The notes beneath the pieces were generated by a model. The model was not told the DNA's origin and searched no databases. It saw only the letters and a list, made by a program, of their open reading frames with translations. This document shows, piece by piece, positions 1 to 13,657 of a stretch of 64,000 nucleotides of DNA (position 1 is its first letter; each line of letters begins with the position of its first letter). Location: assembly GCA_043228905.1 (NCBI GenBank), contig JBHGNT010000017.1, forward strand, positions 8,990,001 to 9,054,000, read 5' to 3'. This DNA is from Azolla caroliniana. Its lineage: Eukaryota; Plantae; Polypodiophyta. The position numbers and the translations under genes were made by a program.

Positions 1-1031
1 AAGGGGGGAGATAAGCAGAAAAAGGAAGCTGGGTCGACCGAACGAGTTGGCACATCTGAACAAGTCGGAGCAAGCAGCAACGACGGCAGAGTCAAGAAGG
101 ATAGAGCCAACTGGAAGAAGGCCAAGACCCCGACATGGTCCGATGTGGTGAAGGGCCTAAAAACGGAAGACGAGTTGCAGACTACCAACCTGGACAAGAA
201 CTGGAACAAATCAAAGACACCCGATTCGATTCAATAGATGGATTCGGAAGAGCCGGATCAACTAAAGGTCATGTGGACTAAGAGGCCGCGGAAGTCAACA
301 CCAACACGAAGGAACTGACAGACCGACAAGCACCGGAGTCAGGGTAGCGAAGGAGCTGACATGGGCTTGCTGAGTAGACAAGCCAACCAAGGAGGTCGAG
401 GTGTGTGGAACTGGATGGATCGTAGGAAGTGGAACCGGACCGGACAAGGTGCGCGAGCAAGGCGAGCGAGCGAGAGGAGTCTGAGAGGAGAACCGGCTAC
501 TGCCGAAACTGACACCACGATCTGACCTCAAATTAAGCTTGAGGGGGGGTGTTGAGCGAGCATGCTCAACCAGATCTGGATCGGCTGAATAAGCCAGAGC
601 CGGATCAGTAACCGGAACAGAGAGCCGGATCGGAGAACTCGATCGATGTCCAGATGATATCCGGAACTAGGAGCCGTATCGGAGACCCAGATCGGATTGA
701 AACCGGTAGGCCGTTAGAGGCCTACAGATCCAACCTAGTATGTAGGCATATTTTTGGGAGTCAGTGATAGTCTCTGATGTGAGCATTGAAGTACATGTCA
801 GTACTTCTGTCAGTCCTTTATGGACTGGTATAAAAGTGCTCTCTAAGCACATTCTAGGTATAGAATATTGAGAGTATTTTTTGAATAGAGTTTACATTCT
901 CCCTCCCTCCCTCTCTCTCTCTCTCTCTCCTATGTACGCGTACTCTCTCTGTGTATTAACCTTTCTTCTCATCCTCTGTTACTATCCGGCTGAGCTGATT
1001 TGTCAAACGGTTCCGCACGTTTACTTTCACA
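1..1031 (+). mobile_element. Ty1/copia family B, 3' end: post-RNase H extension, PPT (541-549), 3' LTR (550-1031)
   Basis: The extension encodes the TWSDVVKGL motif seen at 12140-12875. It is followed by GAGGGGGGG and TGTTGAG...CTTTCACA, homologous to the LTRs at 11735, 34878, 51929 and 56774. Confidence 0.85.
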
Positions 1032-4000
1032 ACCCCGAGGGTACGGTAGAATCCACGTTCACAAAGGAAAGCAGAATCCGGCAGGAAGCCCTATTGCCAC
1101 CGAATAAAACTAGTGTTACAAAGTCTCACAAACAGCCCCATCCCTATAGCAACAACAGCCCCGTCGCAACCAACATGGCTTTCTCGTATCCCCATTTCAA
1201 TGGCGAAACCAACGTTGAGAGCCACATTTGGTCATTCCTCAACGTTTGGAATGGTAATCACATGGCACAATGACTTCTGGAAATGGAAGTGCACACATAG
1301 AAGATTGCAGAGTTCGGAATAACCTTAGATGGTCGCGTTGCCCGTTTGTATTCCCAGCTCAATATCACGTCATTTGCGACGTTCGACCAGCTTCACTCGT
1401 CATTTTTGCGATTCTTCCATCGAAGTGTCCCTCAGCGCGAGTTTATCGGCCATTTTTATACCATCAAGCAGTCTCCAAAGGAATCCATGGTGGATTTCAG
1501 ACTGTGATTTCAGAGCCTACGACGACAGCTCACACGCATTCCATCGGAGGATGAGGCTAATGACACATTTTTGGCAGCGATACGACGACCTCTCAGGACT
1601 ACGCTGACAACGCAAGGTATGCAGGGAGAAACAATGGATATGGTTATCGAGCAGGTGTTACAGCTTGAATTAGAAGATGAGGATGAAGGACTATCCATGG
1701 CATCGTCCGACAAGCATTGCCCCAGGATGAGGAGTATCAATTCCGCCAGGAAATTCAATGCACAATCTGCCTGAACTCAGGGCACTCGGCGGTGGATTGT
1801 AACATATGGATACATTGCCCCATCTACCATTCACAGGCACATACGGTGGACCAGTGTGAATATAACACCCTGAACAAGCCCACGCCGATAGTTCGTCATA
1901 TGGAACCACAGCGGCAGCACCGCTATGATGACCAAGGAAGGTAGGAGGATTGTTACCAAATGCAGAACGAAACCAGCATACAAAAAAGCTGTACCATCAC
2001 TGCCGCAACAATTACCTTGAGTCCGACGAAGAAGAGCGGGAAGAAGAAGATGATCGAAGCAACAACCGTTACAAGCGGGGGGGGTGGGGGGTCTGACATC
2101 TTACCAACAATCATGGAAGCACGGGATCAGCGTCGTTACGAAGAAAGCTCCAAGGAGGAATGGTGCCAAGAGCCTTGCCGGGAACATCGCCAGAAGCCCC
2201 ATAATCACAGGCGATTTTAACAAACAGGGGATGAGCAATACACACCCGGGAAACCACCGCAACTCTAGTACTGGAAAAAGGGAAATCCAACATATATTGC
2301 TTTGTGTGCCAACAACGCGACACAATGTCATCAGCGCAATAAAGGCAAGGAACCAGTCGTGAATACCATCACGACGGATATCCAACAAGTCACAACACGC
2401 AGCCAGGCGAAAAGCACAGAATGGGCAGAACAATATGACATACACAAGGCGGCCCAGGCCTGGGAATGTTATCACCAGACCCGATATGGCAAGCACTGGC
2501 AGACTATGAGATCACATTGACCATGGAAAAGCTTTTATGACTGGTTCCACAATTCCGACAGGTGGTAGAGAATTGTATACGGGGTACGACGGACTAGAAA
2601 TCTCGGCCAATTTCACAGAACCCAATACCGGCCTAGCAGTGGTAGACCACCATAACCCGGTAATCAAAGTGGTACTTCAGGGCCAAGAAATAACGGGATG
2701 CATTGTCGATGGTGGTTCTGGCGTAAATGTCATCAGTAAAACCACTTGTGCTAGGCTGGGAAGCATGCCCATTCTGGCTCCGAATGGCAGACACCCGCTC
2801 TGTCAGACCTTTAGGATTAATTCGGAAGGTAGGGATCGTAATTGGTGGACATCATTTTGAAATTTCTGCAGTCGTCCTCGCGCTGGACACGCTAGGAGCA
2901 TACCCAATTTTGTTAGGTAGACCATGGTTACGATCTGCTGATTACGGGTGCGTTTCCCTTACCATTTACGGATAGCGTATTAAATGCGGTCACATGCCAT
3001 GACATGTATAGTTTTTTGGATGGCTTTGGCGGATACAATCAAGTACGAATGCACCAAGACAATCAGGAGAAGACTGTGTTCGTCACGGACTGGGGAGTAT
3101 TCGTAGCGGTGGTCATGATGTTCGGCCTGAAGACGGCCCCCGCTACGTTTCAACGAACTATCACGGAAATCTTCAGTCACTTTATACCAACGTTTATGCA
3201 AGTCTTTCTCAATGACTTCACAGTATATGGGAGTGCGAGGATAACATTTTAGCCATTTGCGGCTATGTTTGGAACGATGTCGTACCTCACGCCTTAGCCT
3301 TAATCCGGCTAAATGCGCATTCGGGGTCACCAGTGGGGCTCAGCTCGGACACATCGTGAGTAAGGAGGGGATTGCGGTAGATCCCAGAAAAATTAAGGCT
3401 ATCGTGGAAGCAAAAATATCCCATAACACAAAAGCTCTTACTCACTTCCTCGGGCAAATATGTTGGCACAACTGTATGTTACGATACTTGGCAGATTTCG
3501 CAACCCCCCTGCACGCAGCAGTACACCGTACTCCATTCAAATGGATGGCAACAGAAGATAAGGCGTACGAGGCACTCAAAATAATGTTGACCCAAGGGCC
3601 CGTCGTACAACCCCCAGACTAGTCTAAATCATTCCATATATTTGTGGATGCCTCCGGCATTGCAATCGGCAACGCTGTCATGAAGATTTTCGTCCATAGG
3701 CGGAAACCGGGGTGGAAGGGGCAAGTCGGTGGTGTGCAACATGTGCACATGTATACTAGGATATGGTGTATAGAAAGAGAGGGGAAAATTTTGTCCCACA
3801 TTGTAAGGTCCCTCCCTCCTTGGGCTATAAAAGGAAGGGAGGGGTCACTTATGAAGGGGTTGCCTATTTTGTGCGAGTAAGGTATACCACTTAGTCTAGG
3901 GTTCTCCCTCTTCGTTTTAGGGTTAGGGTTTCGGTTAGGGTTTTCTTCTTGGGTTTCCCTTTAGGGTTTTCGGATAGTCATGTTGTGCGGCCATGGCGGC

Positions 4001-5742
4001 CACCATTGTTGTAACCATTCGTTGTTTTAATGTAACTTGTTGAGCATCTTGCCTCGGACGATCCCTCCTTCGATGTCGTGGTCTTATTCTTTCCTCTTCT
4101 CCTCTTGAGCTAAGCCTCCATATCATGTCCTATTCTTTCTCCTCCACTCCCTAGTCCAAGACCCCCGCGGTCCCGCCCCTTCTACACGCACGCGCGTAAC
4201 AACGCGACAGCGCGCTAATGTAGCTCACTGAGCCGAGTTGGTACCGACTGGTATACTACTCTAGCCGTAAATTATCGGATGTAGAGCGTGAAGCCTTGGC
4301 GATGATTTACAACGTAAACAAATTCTGACATTACTTACTAGGCCAGAAGTTCACGTTTCATGTGGACCACGTGGTGCTACTCTACTTAGTCAAGAAGTAG
4401 GCGTTAACGGGGAAATTAGCCAGATGGATGCTGCTACTCGAGGAATTTGAATTCACAATACAGCATCGGTCGGGTACACAACAGGCCGTAGCTGATTATC
4501 TAAGCATACTAGATAACGGCAACAATACAATAACGCGAGATGACGATTTCCCCGATGCCGATATTTTGCAGGTTGCAGCTATAACGACACAAGACAAGAA
4601 GAGTTTTCCAGACCAGTGGCTGATGCAGATGACGTACTTCTTGACAACGGGATTGCCACCACCATTGCTACGAATGGATGAAAAGAAAAGACTTGCAGTA
4701 CGAAGCCGCAATTTCTGCCTAGTTGAAGGAGTCCTATATCATAAGGGGAGCGACAGTATCTGGAGGCGTGATATACGGCAAGAGGAGAAGGAAGCCGTTT
4801 TACACGAAGCTCACTACGGAACGGTAGGAGACGTTATGGACCAAAAAGTATGGCAGGCAAGACTTTGGTGGCCAACTACGCAAAAAGACGCGTATCAATA
4901 TTGTAAAGACTGTGACCTTTGCCAACGCATGGGCCAATCTATGGAGCTCGCATGGATGCCACACCAGCCAGTGCTCCCGCTCGACCCCTTCCAAAAATGG
5001 GGTCTCGATTTCGTTGGCCCCTTTACTATGGCAGCGGCATGAACAAGGAATAAATATATCTTAGTCGCCACGGATTATTGCACGAAATGGGTAGAAGCGA
5101 AAGCATTACGGGATAACACCGCATCATCGACGACAAAATTCTTATACAAGCACATTTTGTGCCGTTTTGGCTGCCCAATAGAACTCATAACCGATCAAGG
5201 AAGCCATTTCTTGAATATGGTTATCCACGACCTCACACACCATTACGTCGTAGTACATAAGAAGAGTATGTCGTATTATCCTCAGGAAAATGGATTAGCG
5301 GAATCAACGAACAAGACGTTGCAAAATATCCTAAAAAAGATCATTAATGAGAACAAAACTGACTAGGACATTAAGCTGTAGAGCGCCTTGTGGGCTTACC
5401 GCATGAGCTACAAGACAAGAATACAATCAACTCCCTTCTGACTAGAGTACGGGTTGGAAGCCGTAATGCCCATTGAATTTCAGGTACCCAGCTTGCGTAT
5501 TCAAGTCTGTGAAAAACTATCAGAAGATCAGTCCGAACAGATACGTCTACAACAATTACTTGAGTTAGGCGAAACACGAGTCCAAAGTATGGCAATCCTA
5601 GAACACGAGCAGAGACGGTGTAAAGCATTCGTAGACCGACACCGAGGCATTAGTGAAAAAGACTTCAAAGTGGGGAAAGCCGTTTTAGTCTTGCAAATCC
5701 GGATGGGCCAAATACCGACAAAATTACGATTCCGTTGGACAA
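1032..5742 (+). mobile_element. Ty3/gypsy G1 internal fragment (gag with zinc knuckles, PR, RT, RH, INT); pseudogenised, non-chromovirus (Athila/Tat/Phygy-like)
   Basis: Motifs in gypsy order: CTICLNSGHSAVDC, IVDGGSGVN, YSFLDGFGGYNQV/MMFGLKTAPATFQ, DASGIAIG, CDLCQR/WGLDFVGP, LITDQGSHF. Many stops; the RT N-terminus is deleted near 2945. Confidence 0.9.
3676..4209 (+). mobile_element. Solo LTR (534 bp) inserted in the RNase H of G1
   Basis: TGTCATG...CGCGACA termini and a CTATAAAA TATA box. Flanks are ACGC/GCGC; removing the insert restores GGC AGC GCG CTA ATG. Confidence 0.8.
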
Positions 5743-5744
5743 GG

Positions 5745-8700
5745 ATGTGTCATCTCTGTTTTACTTTGTTCTCTTCTATTCCTTGTTGAAGACTCGGTTG
5801 TGGCCGAGCGTTATTTCCGCACAAACTGGTATCAGAGCGAACAAAGGAAATGGAAGAATCATTCGGCGGCATGTTCAAGCTCACCGGCTCCAACTACCTA
5901 GTGTGGAAGTCAAAGATAAGTGACATGCTCGTAGTCAAAGATCTCTGGCTGTCGGTACAGTTCAGGACAAGAAACCGGATAAGATCGATGCCGCGACATG
6001 GGAGGTGATGCACATGAAGACGACGGCATACATACGGTGCTTCATCAACATGAGCTTGTACAATAACTTCAATGAAGAAAGTAAGGCTCAGGTGGTCTAG
6101 GAAAATATCGGCACCATGCTGGAGATTAAAAACGTTGTAAATCGGGTTTCGGTATTCCGAAAGTTAGTGAGACTCCGGTACCAGGACAGATCCAGCATAA
6201 CAGAGCACATGAATGCATTTCAAGGGCTCATAAATCAAACAACTTTTCTTGAAGTACCTCTGGCCGACGGGGTACTTGCATTGCTCCTGCTCGGTTCCCT
6301 CCCAGATAGTTGGGAGATGCTAGTTGTCACTTTGGGCAATGCCGGGCCGGAAGGAAAGCAACTATCCCTAGCAAGGGTGAAGTCGAGCTTGCTAGATGAA
6401 GAAGCTCACCGGAAGGCCCAGGAATCCGAACCAACTTGAAGGCCTTGGTTGCGGAAGATGACCATAATCGGGGGAGAAACCGGTACTGGAGTCCCCAGAA
6501 CCGGGACAAGTCGGGGACAAGGTCGAAGTCAAGGGGGAGGCCTACTTTCTTCTATTGTGGAAAGCTAGGACACTTCCTGAAAAACTGTCGACATTTCCGG
6601 AAAGAGAAAGGAATAGACAGTGCCGATTCGAAGAAGGGTTGGGACGGGAATGGTTCGAATCGGAAAGGCTCAGATCGGAAGGGAACGTCGGCGATTGCGA
6701 CAAATGAAGAAGAACTGATGCTCATTATCGAGAAGAATGAGGTAAACCTTGTCGGCGACGAGAGAACGTGGGTTGTTGATTCCGGAGCATCGATCCCTCT
6801 GACACTGGACCGGAAATGCTTCTCATCCTACACAGTCAGAGATCACAGTTGTGTCCGGATGGGGAATGAAGGTACCTACGGAATCTTCAACATAGGACAT
6901 GTGTGGTTGACGACATCAACCGGGTGCAAGCTGCTGCTGAAGGATGTCTGATACGTTCTAGAGGTTCGGTTGAGCCTGATATCAGCCGGTTGGCTAGATG
7001 ATGAAGGCTACATGGGTAGCATTCAGAACGGAGTCATGAAATTCATCAAAGGAAGCCTAATTGTGGCTCGAGCCCGGAAGATCAATACATTGTACCTGAT
7101 GTAGGCACGGATATGACGGGAAGAAGTGAACGTAGCATCCGACACTATCGGTGAGCTGTGGCACAAGAGATTGTGTCATACGAGCCAGAAGGGGATGAGA
7201 AGACTTGCCGAAGACAACCTCATTTCTGGAGGTGAAAGACGTGCATCTTAACAAGTGCACTGATTTCTTGGCCAGCAAGCAAAACCGAACCTTCTTCTGG
7301 TCAAGACCACTAATGAGACGGAATGCACCACTGGAATTGTTGCATACCGATGTGTGTCAAGTCGACACGAAGTCACATGTTGGATCGTAGTACTTCGTGA
7401 CGTTCATAGACAACCACAGCCAGAAGCTGTGGGTCTCACCGTTGAAGACGAAGGATTAGGAGTTGTTCGTCTTCAAGGAGCTCCATGTGAGAGTGGAAAG
7501 AGAAACCGACCGGAAGCTGAAGGCGCTTCGAGCGGACAACGGAGGAGAATACCAGGGGTAGTTCGAGGAGTACTGCCAGTCGAAGGGAATCCGGCTTGAG
7601 TTCACCATGTCGAAGACACCAGAATTGAATGGCTTGGCTGAACAGATGAACCAAACCATAATGGAGAGAGTCCGAAGCATGCTTGCACATGCAAAGCTAC
7701 CCAAGACATTTTGGGTTGAGGCGCTGATGACAGCGACGTATGTGATAAACAGATCAGCCTCAGCACCCTTGGACGGAGACACACCACAAAGAGTATGGAC
7801 CAGTAAAGACGTGTCTTACCAGCATCTGACAGTGTTTTAATGTCTCGCATATGTGCATGTTGCAAAGGACAAGAGAGCAAAGTTGGATCCGAAATCCCGA
7901 CCCTGCATATTCCTTGGATACAGCAATGATGAGTTTGGCTATCGAATGTTGGACCTGGTCGACCAGAAGGTGTTTTAGAGTCGGGATATAGTCTTCATGG
8001 AAGACAAGACCATTGCCAACTGGGAGTCAGAGAAGAAGGTGAAGAACTCTGGATCATCCAATGAAAATCAGTTTGAGGACACAAGAACCTACCCATTTGA
8101 AAACCGAAAGTTAGCTGGTTACAGATTGACACTCGATGAACCAACCGGTTTCGGACAAGAAACCAAACCGACCGAAGAAGAAAAAGAAGGAGACACCAGA
8201 ACCAAACAAAAACTTGAATCAGATTCGGATGAAGAACAAATAGAGGAACCAGTAGTTGAAGACCAAAGGCAGAGATACCCTCTCAAGGAGAGAAGAGCCC
8301 CCCCACCCCAAATTTCCGGATGCAGAGCACGTATTGCTGACCGATGAGGGGGAGCCGGAAAGCTTCGAATAAGCAAAGAAAGGCACCCACAGATGCAAGT
8401 GGTTGAGTGCCATGCAGGATGAGCTGGATTCCTTGCATGAGAACCACTCATACGAACTGACAGAGTTGCCGAAAGGAAAGAGGGCACTCCGGAATAAGTG
8501 GGTGTACAAGCTAAAACCGGGAGACACCGGAAATCCACCGAGGTACAAGGCCCAGATCGTGGTGAAGGGTTTCCAGCAGAAGAAAGGAGTGGATTTCGAC
8601 GAGATCTTTGCCCCGGTAGTTAAGATGACTTCCATCCGGACGGTGCTGAGCATAGCGGCAAGCATGAACCTCGAGGTAGAACAACTACATGTCAAAACGG

Positions 8701-10482
8701 CATTCCTCCATGGTGACCTGAAAGAAGAAATCTACATGCAGCAACCGGAAGGATTTGTGGAGAGAGGGAAGGAGCACTTGGTTGGCCGGCTGAAGAAGAG
8801 CTTATACGGAATGAAGCAAGCCCCCGGGCAATGGTACCGGATGTTCGACTCCTTCATGACGGATCAAGGGTACCACAAGACGCAAGCCGATCACTGCATG
8901 TTTGTGAAGAAATTTAACGGAGGAGATTTCCTGATATTGCTCCTATGCGTGGATGACATGTTGATTGTCGAAGAATGCTGAAGAAGGGCCTAAACCGGAC
9001 CTTCTCAATGATAGACTTGGGTCCGACAAAATAGATTTTGGGGATGCACATCATCCGGGACTGGTCGAAGAAGCTGTTGTGGTTGTCACAGGAGAAGTAC
9101 GTGACAAAGGTGCTTCAAAGTTTCAACATGTCGGGGGCGAAACCGGTCAGATCAACACTTCTGGAAAATTGCAAGGTTTCTGGAAAGTAGAACTCGAAGA
9201 CAAAGGCAAAGAAGTCGGATATGAAGAAGATACCATATGCCTCTGCCGTCGGAAGCTTAATGTACGCAATGGTGTGCACCCGGCCGAATATTGCATATGT
9301 TGTCGAAGTAGTCAGCCGGTTCATTAGCAATCCAACAGGAGAGCATTGGAACGTGGTCAAGTGGATACTCCAGTATCTGAAAGCCACCTCGAGTAAATGC
9401 CTTCGGTTTGGCTCCGGTAAACCACAACTTGATGAATTCACGGATTCGGATATGTCCGCTGATGCGAATACCAGCCGGTCTACATCCGGATATGTCATGA
9501 CTTATGGGGGGGAGTTGTATCATGGTAGTTGAGGTTGCAGAAGTCTATTGCACTGTCGACAACGGAAGCAGAGTACATGGCAATTGTGGAAGCCGGGAAG
9601 GAGATAATCTGGATGAAGGACTTCCTCGGAGAGCTAGGGATGTGGCAAAGAGGAATTCCGGCTCTACTGTGACAGTCAAAGTGCCATCCACCTTACGAAG
9701 AATGCGGCCTACCATTCCCGGACGAAGCACATCCAACGGAGGTATCACTGGATCCGGGAGAGAGTAGAAGATCAAGACTTCGTGCTAACGAATATCCACA
9801 TGAACGAGAACGGATCGGATATGCTGACCAAGGTGTTGTCAGCTAACAAATTGGACATGTGCCGGAAACGAATCGGATTAACAAGAAATCCCATGCCGGA
9901 GTAAAGGGGGAGTTTGTTAGGAATTCCGTCCCTCCGGATGGGATCTAGATGAGAACCGAAGGAGCCAGATTGAACGAGTCGGATGAAGGAACCAGATCCG
10001 GAAGGGTTCCGAATGAGACCTAGAAACCGGATCAAGTGAATTCGGATGGATCCGGTGCAAACCGGATCGAAGGACATATGTGTAAATATGTTTCATGGTT
10101 AACCTATTGAGGTTATATTTGTAAATAGCCCAAAAGTCATATAAGTATAAATATGACTTAGGGCAATCACTTCGAGAGGGTTGTTGTGGGATGTTGTTGT
10201 GGGATGTTGTTGTATATTGTGGTATACACAGAGAGAGAGAGAGAGATAGAACTAGTTTTCTGTTGTAACCGCCAATTTGGTGAAGACATAGAGCTCAAGG
10301 ATGTTGCCTCTGAGTCTCACATTGTATTCCACCTCTGATAGTGATAGTTGGAGTCTGTGGGCTCCCGTGGTTTTTCCCATTTAGGGTTTTCCACGTTAAC
10401 ATTCTGTGTCATCTCTATTTTAGTTTGTTCTCTTCAATTCCTTGTTGAAGACTCGGTTGTGGCCAAGTGTTATTTCCACACA
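5745..10482 (+). mobile_element. Copia family A copy A1: U5 remnant (5745-5823), PBS (5827-5838), decayed gag-pol (5850-9904), PPT, 3' LTR (9915-10482)
   Basis: TGGTATCAGAGC iMet PBS; motifs WVVDSGAS, LELLHTDVC, KTAFLHGDL, (Y/C)VDD, FTDSD; AAAGGGGGAG PPT; many stops and frameshifts. Confidence 0.92.
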
Positions 10483-11734
10483 GATGACAACCCTCACCCC
10501 ATTGAACATATCAGAGATGTCCCTCTAAGCCATGTCGATCAGAGAGGAATCATGATCCGACAATCACCAAGAACTTGGTGTCGGTCGGACAAATTGTTGA
10601 CTAGAGCATGCAAGTTCGATTTACTCACCTTAGGTGCTTCATAGAGGAAGAAGGTCAGATTATTGCACAAGTGCGCCCAGAAGGGAGGATGTTTATCCTT
10701 GAGACGAATGATGTAGGCACCGCTATGTTTTCCAAAGTGCAAAAGGTCGAATCAGATATAGACCTATGGCACAAGAGGTACGGCCACATCAAACTTCTCG
10801 TAGCTTCAAGAAATGTTGACAAAGAACATTATTTTCGGTCTGCCAAAATTTAATGGTCGAAATGGCCAATTCTGTGAAGCCTGTCAACCCAGGAAGTAGC
10901 ATTGACTTCCATTCCCCAACGAGTGTAATCGGAGGAGCTCGATTTAATCCATTCAGATGTGTGGGGACCGGCACAGAACATGAGCATTGGAGGAAACCGT
11001 TACTTTGTAACCTTCATCAATGACTACACTTGGCACACTTGGGCGTGCTTGATCGAGAAGAAAAGCGAAGTCATCTCCTGTTTCCATAAGGTGAAGATTC
11101 CTGTTGAATGGGAGACCGTAAGAAAAATCAAGTGTCTAAAGTCCGATGGAGGAAAAGGGTACTTTTCGGACCAATTCTCGAGCTATCTGCAAAAGGAGGG
11201 AATTTGGCGCAAATTCTCCTGCAGATACACACCAGAGCAGAATTGTGTGGCCAAGCGGAAGAATCGGACGATTGAGGAAGCGGCATGGCCAATGCTTGAA
11301 GAGAAGCATATGTCGAAGTTCTACTAGGCTGAAGCGGTCAGAACAACCGTGTACCTTCAGAATTGGACACTTGCAGCTGGAGGAAAAGTGTCTCCACACG
11401 AGTTATACTTCGGGAAGACTCCGAACTTGGCACAGTTGAGGGTGTTCGGAAGCATAGCATATGTACATGTGCCGAAGCAGAAGCGGACGAAGGTCGGCGT
11501 CAAAATTGAGAAGTGTATCTTGGTCGGCTACTTGGACGAGCAGAAGGGTTATAAGTGTTATAACCCCCGAACGAAACCGCTCCTAGTCAGTTGAGATGTC
11601 GTATTTGAAGAGTCCGCTTCGTGGTACTTGCCTCTATCTCTGACCTGCATCAACACCATTCCAAATTTTGAAGAAGAGGTCAGTGAGGCCGATCTACTAG
11701 TTGACGAAGATATTGGTATTCAAGAGGAGATTCT
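10483..11734 (+). mobile_element. Copia family B fragment (PR end, GAG-pre-integrase, integrase)
   Basis: DLWHKR, WGPA...YFVTFIND, LKSDGGK, TPEQN, LRVFGSIAYVHVP; homologous to 58300-59179. Confidence 0.88.
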
Positions 11735-11773
11735 TGTAAACGTAAGTGTTTGCGGAAGCGTAAAACAGAGAAC

Positions 11774-11817
<44 letters not shown>

Positions 11818-13657
11818 AGAACACAATTTCCAAATTATATCAAGACTCTGTACACACACTGTGCTAAGTAGCACTATTTATACAAGTCCTTTTGGGACTG
11901 ACAGAAGTACCATGTACTTCAATGCTCACACGAGCATCTGACACTTACTACGAGACTATAGCTACCTAGTAGTCTATCCTATACTAGGCTTCCGATTGGA
12001 CTTCTGGTTATGGATTGCACCCGGCCTCCACTGCTTGCCGGTTCGGTTGTTCACCGTCATACCGATCCGTTTCGCCCGATCCGTCTCGCTTACCGGCTCC
12101 TGCTTATTCAGCCGATCCGGCTCCGGTTGAGCTTGCCGCTCAACACTCCCCCTCAAGCTCAACCTGAGGTGGGGTCGTAGTGTCGACCTCTGTGGCAGTC
12201 GGTTCTTCCAACCGACTTCTCCTGACGTCACTCCTCCTTGCTCGCGCTCCTCGTCCGGTCCGGTCTCGTTTGCCGCGACCCCTTTGGTTCTGCGCGCCTC
12301 GACCCTCTCGGTCGGCATGTCTGCTCAATAGGCCCATCTCAGCACTCACGTTGCTGTGACTCCGGCGCTTGCCGATCCGTCGGTTCTCCCACGATGGCAT
12401 CGACTTCCGCTGTGTCCATGTCCCCTTGGCCTTCAGTCGATCCGATTCATCCGAATCCATCTGTTGGTCCGAGTCAGCTGTCTCCGACTCGTTCCAGCTC
12501 TTGTCCGAATCGGTACACTCCGATTCGACTTCCGGCTTCAGGCCTCTCACCACATCGGACCACATCCGAGTCTTGGCCTTCTCCATGCTTCCCTCGGCTT
12601 CTTTAGCCGGTGAACCGAAATCGAATTCTTCAGTCGACTCCGCATCATGGTCAGTGCCGTCGTGATGACCTCCGCACAGCATGCACTTCTCTTCCTGAGT
12701 GCACAACTCTTCTTCACAGCCGCTTGCTCCGACCTGTTCGGATGTGTCGACTTCCTTCGTCGACTCGGCTTCCTTCATCTTCTTGTCTCCTCTTCTTTCG
12801 GCTCTCCTCTTACCAACGGGTTCAACAGTTTTTTGGCCTTTGCCCGTTTCGATAGAGACTTTGCCCTTGCTTCTCCCCCTCAAGTGCGGCACGTCGAGAT
12901 GCTGAATACCAAGCATGTCGGTAAAGTGCTGCAACTTGTCCGATCCGAGCGGCTTGGTGAAGATGTCGGCAACTTGCCGATCCGTATGAACATACCGTAG
13001 GTCAACTTCACCGCTCAGGACCCGCTCACGCACGAAGTGGTAGTGCACCTCGATGTGCTTTGTGCGAGCATGGAACACAGGGTTCCTGGCGAGCTGCAGG
13101 CTGCTCATGTTATCGCAGTAAATCGGGATTGGGGTCGGTACCTCGATCCGCAAGTCTCGCAGCAGTCGCCGAAGCCAGATGGCTTCACAAGTGGCAACGG
13201 TGGCGGCCCGGGTACTCATCCTTAGTGCTTGACAAAGCCACTGTGGGCTGCTTCTTGCTGCTCCACGCAACGGCCACGCTACCTATGGAGAACATGTATC
13301 CGGAAATGGAGCGGCGATCAAACGCATCGCCGGCCCAGTCAGCATCTGTGTAACCGACAAGCTCTTCGGGTATACCTCGCCGGTATAGCAGTCCCCGGTC
13401 CTTAGTGCCGCTAACATACCGTAATATTCGTTGCGCGCACTGAAGGTGCTCCACGGTCGGCTTCTGGATGAACTGGCTTAACATGCCGACCGGATAGCTG
13501 ATGTCGGGTCGGGTGATGGTTAAGTAGATCAGGCTTCCGACAACCTGTCAGAACCATGTCTCATTGCAGGCCGGTCCGTAGTTGGGACGAAGCTTCTGGT
13601 TCCGGTCCAGGGGTGTGGAGACAGGTCGGCAATCCGTCATGCCAAACTTATACAGCA
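11735..13657 (-). mobile_element. Copia family B 3' part: RT end, RNase H, extension, PPT (12146-12155), 3' LTR (11735-12145)
   Basis: GYTDADWAGD, KKQPTVALSST, HARTKHIEVHYHF, ADIFTKPL; on the minus strand the LTR reads TGTTGAG...TTTACA and contains a (CT)n tract. Confidence 0.9.
12140..13200 (-). CDS. RNase H C-terminal half fused in frame to a ~245-aa charged extension
   Basis: ORF 12140..13270 stays open past HLDVPHLRG to ...VELEGEC-stop, which lies inside the LTR start. Confidence 0.75.

Noticed and set aside
11628-11941. ORFs with RERERE or SLSLSL runs (also ~14400-14700, 19640-19935, 40078-40459)
   Set aside because: These are translations of (GA)n microsatellites in LTRs.
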